From: Candidatus Hydrothermia bacterium | GTDB taxonomy: Bacteria > Hydrothermota > Hydrothermia > LBFQ01 > DSFT01 | Direction of reading: 5' to 3' | NCBI GenBank assembly: GCA_032249175.1 | Contig: JAVVGK010000002.1 | Span: forward strand, 1 to 37,921 | DNA: 37,921 nt | Part shown: positions 34,032-37,921 of the stretch, one piece after another | Layout: the number at the start of each line of letters is the position of its first letter | Position numbering within the stretch: position 1 is the first letter of the stretch | Position numbers and translations under genes: made by a program | The notes under the pieces: model-generated | Databases searched by the model: none | What the model was told of the DNA's origin: nothing | What the model saw: only the letters and a program-made list of their open reading frames with translations

Positions 34032-35259
34032 ACTTTTGGACAATAAATTATTTGAGGGATATGAGAATAATGAGATAATTCCATTATTTTTATTTGATGA
34101 ATTTAATCAAATTGAGCATGGAGAAAACCTAAAAAGTTTATTTTTTAAAACGATTGAAAATTTTGAAGAAGAACTAAAAAAATTAAATAGTTATCTATAT
34201 AAAATTAAACTTGAAGATTTCGGAAAATTTTTAGATATTTCTAAACCTGATGTTGTTAGGGTTTGTTATGATAGTGAGCCAAGAACACTACAAAGAATAA
34301 AATTTATAGAAAACGAATGTTTAAGAAGAAATATAAAACTTGAAAAAGTTTATCAATTTTTAATTGAGCCTAAATTTGAAAAGTTCAATTTTGTTAGTTT
34401 TTCACAATTTTATAGAACATTTAAAGATGAAGATTTTGGAAAAATTATAGAAAGACCTAAATTTTTAATAACTCCCAAAATTACTTTTAATGAAATTCAA
34501 ATTCCAAAAATAAACAATAATAATAAAATTATCAAATTGTATTTTAAAACCGAAGAAGAAGTTTTAAAACATTTTAAAAAATTTAAAGAAGAGAAGTTAG
34601 AAAATTATTCAAAATTTAGAGATTATCCTTATCTTAATTGGACATCAAAACTTTCAATATATTTTAGAATGGGTCTTATTTCATATAGATATGTTATCAA
34701 TAATGTTAGTGATGAGGCATTTAGAAGGGAAATTATGTGGAGTGAGTTTTTTAGACTTTGGCTTTTTTATAATCAAGAATGTGTAAATTTAGAATATGAT
34801 AAAAAGTGGAGAAATTTTAAGTGGGATTATGATGAGGAAAAATTTAATGCTTGGAAGGAAGGTAGGACAGGTTATTTAATTGTTGATGCGGGAATGAAAC
34901 AATTAATTGAAGAAGGTTTTATTCACAATAGAGTTAGGATGATTTGTGCGAGCTTTTTAATTAAGAATCTTCATATTGATTGGAGACTTGGTGAAAGATG
35001 GTTTTATAGGAATTTAGTAGATGCTGATTTAAGCTCAAACTTAGGAAATTGGCAATGGGTTGGTGGTTTTGGTCTTGATAAAGCGCCTTATTTTAGAGTT
35101 TTTAATCCTGAAATTCAAAGACAAAAATTTGACCCTAATTTTGAGTATATAAAAACTTATATTCCGAATTATCAGAATTATAAATATAAACCTATTGTTG
35201 ATTTTTACGAAAGTAGAAAAGAATTTATAAATAAAGCAAAAAAAATTTATGAATTGTAG
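33997..35259 (+). CDS. phr: Deoxyribodipyrimidine photolyase (CPD photolyase/cryptochrome family)
   Basis: TGYLIVDAGMKQL...GFIHNRVRMICASFLIKNL.IDWR.GERWF...LVDADLSSNLGNWQW...FRVFNP are canonical FAD-binding photolyase motifs. Confidence 0.9.
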   Translation: MRLISIFSRDFRLLDNKLFEGYENNEIIPLFLFDEFNQIEHGENLKSLFFKTIENFEEELKKLNSYLYKIKLEDFGKFLDISKPDVVRVCYDSEPRTLQRIKFIENECLRRNIKLEKVYQFLIEPKFEKFNFVSFSQFYRTFKDEDFGKIIERPKFLITPKITFNEIQIPKINNNNKIIKLYFKTEEEVLKHFKKFKEEKLENYSKFRDYPYLNWTSKLSIYFRMGLISYRYVINNVSDEAFRREIMWSEFFRLWLFYNQECVNLEYDKKWRNFKWDYDEEKFNAWKEGRTGYLIVDAGMKQLIEEGFIHNRVRMICASFLIKNLHIDWRLGERWFYRNLVDADLSSNLGNWQWVGGFGLDKAPYFRVFNPEIQRQKFDPNFEYIKTYIPNYQNYKYKPIVDFYESRKEFINKAKKIYEL

Positions 35260-36088
35260 AGCTTGTAATTCAAATAATTTATTATTCTATTTTTCTTCAA
35301 AAGGGCAACTTGGTGTAAGTGGAAATTACGATTTTTATATTTGTAAAGATTGTAAAAGCTTAAATTTAAAAGCAAACTTTAAATTAAATGAAATTTTAAA
35401 ATTTTATGATGAAAATTATCCACTTTTTGATATTAAAAGAACTTGGGGTAAGTATTATAAGTTTGTTGAGCTTGAGTTGAAAAATACTATTATAAGAAGG
35501 GTAAAGTTTATTAAAAAATTTATTGATTTGAAAAATTTGAAAATTCTTGATGTTGGATGTGGTGATGGAAAATTTTTAGAATTTCTTAAAAAACAATATA
35601 ATTGTTATGTTGTCGGAGTTGATATTGTAAAATTGAATAAAAACATTAAAATTCATAATAATTTAAATGAAATTGATGAAAATTTTGATATTATTACACT
35701 TTGGCATTATATTGAACACGATGAAAATCCAATAAAAACTATTGAAAAATGTTATAATTTATTAAATAAAAATGGAATTATTATTATTGAAACACCAAAA
35801 TTTCCCTCAAATGGGTTTAAAATTTTTAAAAATAATTGGGCAGGAATTCACACACCAAGACATTTTACTATTTTTTCAAAAGAAGGTTTATTTTCTCTTG
35901 TTAAAAATTTCAGAATTATTCATTATAGCAATTTTACAAGTTTTGATAAATTCTTATTATATGGTCTTACAATTTTAGAACCAAAAGAAAAAAACTTTAT
36001 AACTTGGTTATTACTTTCATTGGTTTTTAAGCCTTTTTTATTATTTTTTAATGATATTCATACAATTGTGGTCAAAAAACATGTATAG
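35249..36088 (+). CDS. Class I SAM-dependent methyltransferase with N-terminal CxxC...CxxC zinc-ribbon
   Basis: CRACNS...CKDCKS. SAM motif I ILDVGCGDGKFLE. ITLWHYIEH. Embedded in the carotenoid/photolyase operon. Confidence 0.8.
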   Translation: MNCRACNSNNLLFYFSSKGQLGVSGNYDFYICKDCKSLNLKANFKLNEILKFYDENYPLFDIKRTWGKYYKFVELELKNTIIRRVKFIKKFIDLKNLKILDVGCGDGKFLEFLKKQYNCYVVGVDIVKLNKNIKIHNNLNEIDENFDIITLWHYIEHDENPIKTIEKCYNLLNKNGIIIIETPKFPSNGFKIFKNNWAGIHTPRHFTIFSKEGLFSLVKNFRIIHYSNFTSFDKFLLYGLTILEPKEKNFITWLLLSLVFKPFLLFFNDIHTIVVKKHV

Positions 36089-37235
36089 ATTTGCTATAAT
36101 TGGTGGTGGATTTGGGGGGTTAGTTAGTGCTATCAAACTAAAAGATTTTATTCTTTTTGAAAAATCAAAAACACTTGGTGGTTGTGGTGGTTATTTCATA
36201 AGAAATAATTTAGCTTTCAATTCTGGTGCAACAACAATAGCATTTATGGGAAAGAATGAATTCGTTTATAAGTTTTTTGAAAATTTCGGAATAAAATTAA
36301 ATTTCAAAGAACATAATTCAGCTTTTGATATAATTGATATTCAGAATAATAAAATTTTAAATTTTAAAGAAATTATAACTTCAAATGAAAAAATTTTTGA
36401 AAAAATTTATCACAATCCATTAATGTTAATGAAGTTTTTATTTGACTTTTTAAAAGTTTCAAATTTAAATGAATATGAAAAGAACTCTCTAATAATTTCT
36501 CTTCAAAGTTCAAAAGCGCCATTTGAGATTTTTAAGAAACTTTCCTATGATTATTATTTTAGCACTTGGGCTATATTTAAAGAAGGTTTTAGAAATTTAA
36601 TTGAATCTATTGAAGAAAGAATTATTGAGAATGGTGAAATTCTTAAAGAATGTGAAGTTGTTAAAATTAAAAAATTAAGTAATTATTTTGAAATTGAAAC
36701 TACTAATGGAATTTATAAAGCAAAGAATTTAGTCTTAAATCTTGACCCTTGGAATGTAAATAGAATTCTTGGAAAAAATTTATTGAAGTTACCAAATGAA
36801 AATAATTTATGGAATGCATTAGTTTTATATTTGACTTGGAAAGTTAAGCCATTAAAAAATTATTATTATTTAATTCTTGATAGGGATTTAAAAACTATTC
36901 ATGCTCCTTTTGTTAGTTTTTTTGAAAATGGAACAATTACAATTTCTTCACACTATAAAAATTATTACAATGAGAAAGAAATTGATAGTTTATTAAATGT
37001 CCTAAAAAGTATGAATATAGAATTTCAACTAATCACAATTGCTAATAGTAAATCATTTGAAAAATATACGGGAAGATATAAGGGTTATGTTGGTGGTTTT
37101 GAAATTTCATATATGAATTTAATTAGAGCTTTTTTTAGAGGTTTAAGTAAGGAAGGAATTTACTTTATGGGTGATTATTATTTCCCTGGACAAAGTCTTT
37201 CAAGTGCCATAATAAGAGCTAAATGGCTATTATGA
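36081..37235 (+). CDS. FAD-dependent oxidoreductase of the phytoene-desaturase superfamily (CrtD/CrtN-like, short and divergent)
   Basis: MYRFAIIGGGFGGLVSAIKL dinucleotide fold. C-terminal IYFMGDYYFPGQSLSSAI resembles the CrtI-family terminal motif. ATG 36081 overlaps the methyltransferase stop. The ORF-track start at 36051 adds 10 unlikely residues. Confidence 0.65.
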   Translation: MYRFAIIGGGFGGLVSAIKLKDFILFEKSKTLGGCGGYFIRNNLAFNSGATTIAFMGKNEFVYKFFENFGIKLNFKEHNSAFDIIDIQNNKILNFKEIITSNEKIFEKIYHNPLMLMKFLFDFLKVSNLNEYEKNSLIISLQSSKAPFEIFKKLSYDYYFSTWAIFKEGFRNLIESIEERIIENGEILKECEVVKIKKLSNYFEIETTNGIYKAKNLVLNLDPWNVNRILGKNLLKLPNENNLWNALVLYLTWKVKPLKNYYYLILDRDLKTIHAPFVSFFENGTITISSHYKNYYNEKEIDSLLNVLKSMNIEFQLITIANSKSFEKYTGRYKGYVGGFEISYMNLIRAFFRGLSKEGIYFMGDYYFPGQSLSSAIIRAKWLL

Positions 37236-37786
37236 AATTTATGGAGATTTGGGTTTTTTTTAAGAAAATTGAGATGACTTTTTATCTTCAAAGATGTGAA
37301 AATATAAAACAACTTATAAATTTTCATTCAAGATATAAATTGGTAATTAGAGTCTTTTCAATTGGAATTTCAAGAAAACTTGGAAGGATTTTAGCTATTT
37401 ATAATAATAATTTTTTTGAAACTTATCAAAATTACAAAAATTTGGTTTATAAGGCTTTCAGTTTAAATCCAAAGTATAATCAAAAGATTGATGCTTATTT
37501 TCATCTTTATGGAATGGTCAAGGAATCCCTTAATAAAGATCAAAGAAAGGAGCTATTGGATTTAATTGTGAATTTTAGAAGTTCTGAAATTTATGATAAA
37601 TTAATTAATGATAAATTTTTAGATTATCTGATATATGTAAATGATGAATATAAAAGAAATCTAATTTCAGGGTTTTGCTTGCTTTATGCTTTACCTCAAA
37701 TATGTTTTCAAATTCAAAGAAATTTTGTGGACAATGATTTAGAGAAAAATGAAAGCGATAAAGGTCAAGGTTTGATAATGGTCTAA
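37223..37786 (+). CDS. ybgA: DUF1722 (YbgA) family protein
   Basis: INFHSRYKL...YQNYKNLVYKAF...KIDAYFHLYGMVKESLNKDQRKELLDLIVNFRSSEI resembles the YbgA/DUF1722 core. An alternative start at ATG 37232 makes an ATGA overlap with the upstream stop. Confidence 0.6.
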   Translation: MAIMKFMEIWVFFKKIEMTFYLQRCENIKQLINFHSRYKLVIRVFSIGISRKLGRILAIYNNNFFETYQNYKNLVYKAFSLNPKYNQKIDAYFHLYGMVKESLNKDQRKELLDLIVNFRSSEIYDKLINDKFLDYLIYVNDEYKRNLISGFCLLYALPQICFQIQRNFVDNDLEKNESDKGQGLIMV

Positions 37787-37800
37787 AAAATTTGATAGGA

Positions 37801-37921
37801 TTATTAAGCGAGAGTGAAGCCCCCGAGGCATAAAAATGGGTATTTGTAATCAAAAGTCTTATTTTCAGGGTGAGCAAGGAAAATAAATAATTTCAGAATT
37901 ACTAGACAAAGCACTATATTT
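37801..37921. repeat. Third copy (left half, inverted orientation) of the repeat element, running off the window end
   Basis: The reverse complement aligns with 5618-5735 (TGCTTTGTCTAGTAATTCTGAAA...CACCCTGAAAATAAGAC...AAATACCCAT...GGGGGCTTC). Hairpin arms are degenerate here. Confidence 0.8.

Noticed and set aside
37605-37877. 90-aa minus-strand ORF spanning the ybgA 3' end and the repeat element
   Set aside because: Part of it is translated repeat sequence, and the rest is antisense to ybgA. There is no promoter-like motif in the right place.
1-37921. Circular replicon closing through the similar end sequences; prophage, defence or integrative island
   Set aside because: The two end boxes differ at several positions and share only a trivial terminal overlap, so they are paralogous copies and not the same locus. 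No integrase, transposase, phage, toxin-antitoxin or known defence genes were recognised. The content is core metabolism and translation.

Overview
Strongly AT-rich, very gene-dense bacterial chromosomal window with 39 supported protein genes and one tRNA. Operons are tightly packed, often with ATGA or 1-nt gene junctions, and three convergent gene pairs overlap at their 3' ends. The content is mostly housekeeping: NadE, an ADP-forming acetyl-CoA synthetase, a FadN-type beta-oxidation fusion, Obg, UppS, ClpC, pyruvate kinase and an rpsT-fur-rpsF-ssb-rpsR-rplI block. Several enzymes are of the type usually associated with deep-branching thermophiles or archaea: a class V fructose-1,6-bisphosphate aldolase/phosphatase, a HARP-type PIN-domain protein-only RNase P candidate, and the ADP-forming ACS. 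A cargo protein carries a T9SS C-terminal sorting domain, which points to the FCB superphylum; lineage cannot be fixed without a search. No integrase, transposase, CRISPR array or recognisable defence genes were seen.

Four things stand out.
1. A repeated intergenic element fills every sizeable non-coding gap, and both window ends fall inside copies of it. It is built around a 23-nt box, TTCAGAATTATTGGACAAAGCA. The best copy has perfect 17-bp terminal inverted repeats and two GC-rich GGC-TTC-GCC hairpins.
2. A 13-14 nt promoter-like motif, sCTTTAAAATTTTC, sits 3-9 nt before the start codon of most operon-first genes and 6 nt before the mature 5' end of tRNA-Lys. This implies leaderless or near-leaderless first genes, while several internal genes use GGAGG Shine-Dalgarno sites.
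3. There is a light-response island. A CarH-type regulator (MerR HTH plus B12-binding domain, exact Wx9EH motif) is divergent from crtI, a cruF-like gene, crtB, photolyase, a methyltransferase, a crtD-like gene and ybgA. The carH operon also encodes an SDR and a fused prenol-kinase-like/DUF92 membrane protein.
4. There is a Ser/Thr-kinase-like protein with HKN in place of HRD, and an orphan nuoH.

All family calls come from motif recognition by eye; no searches were run.
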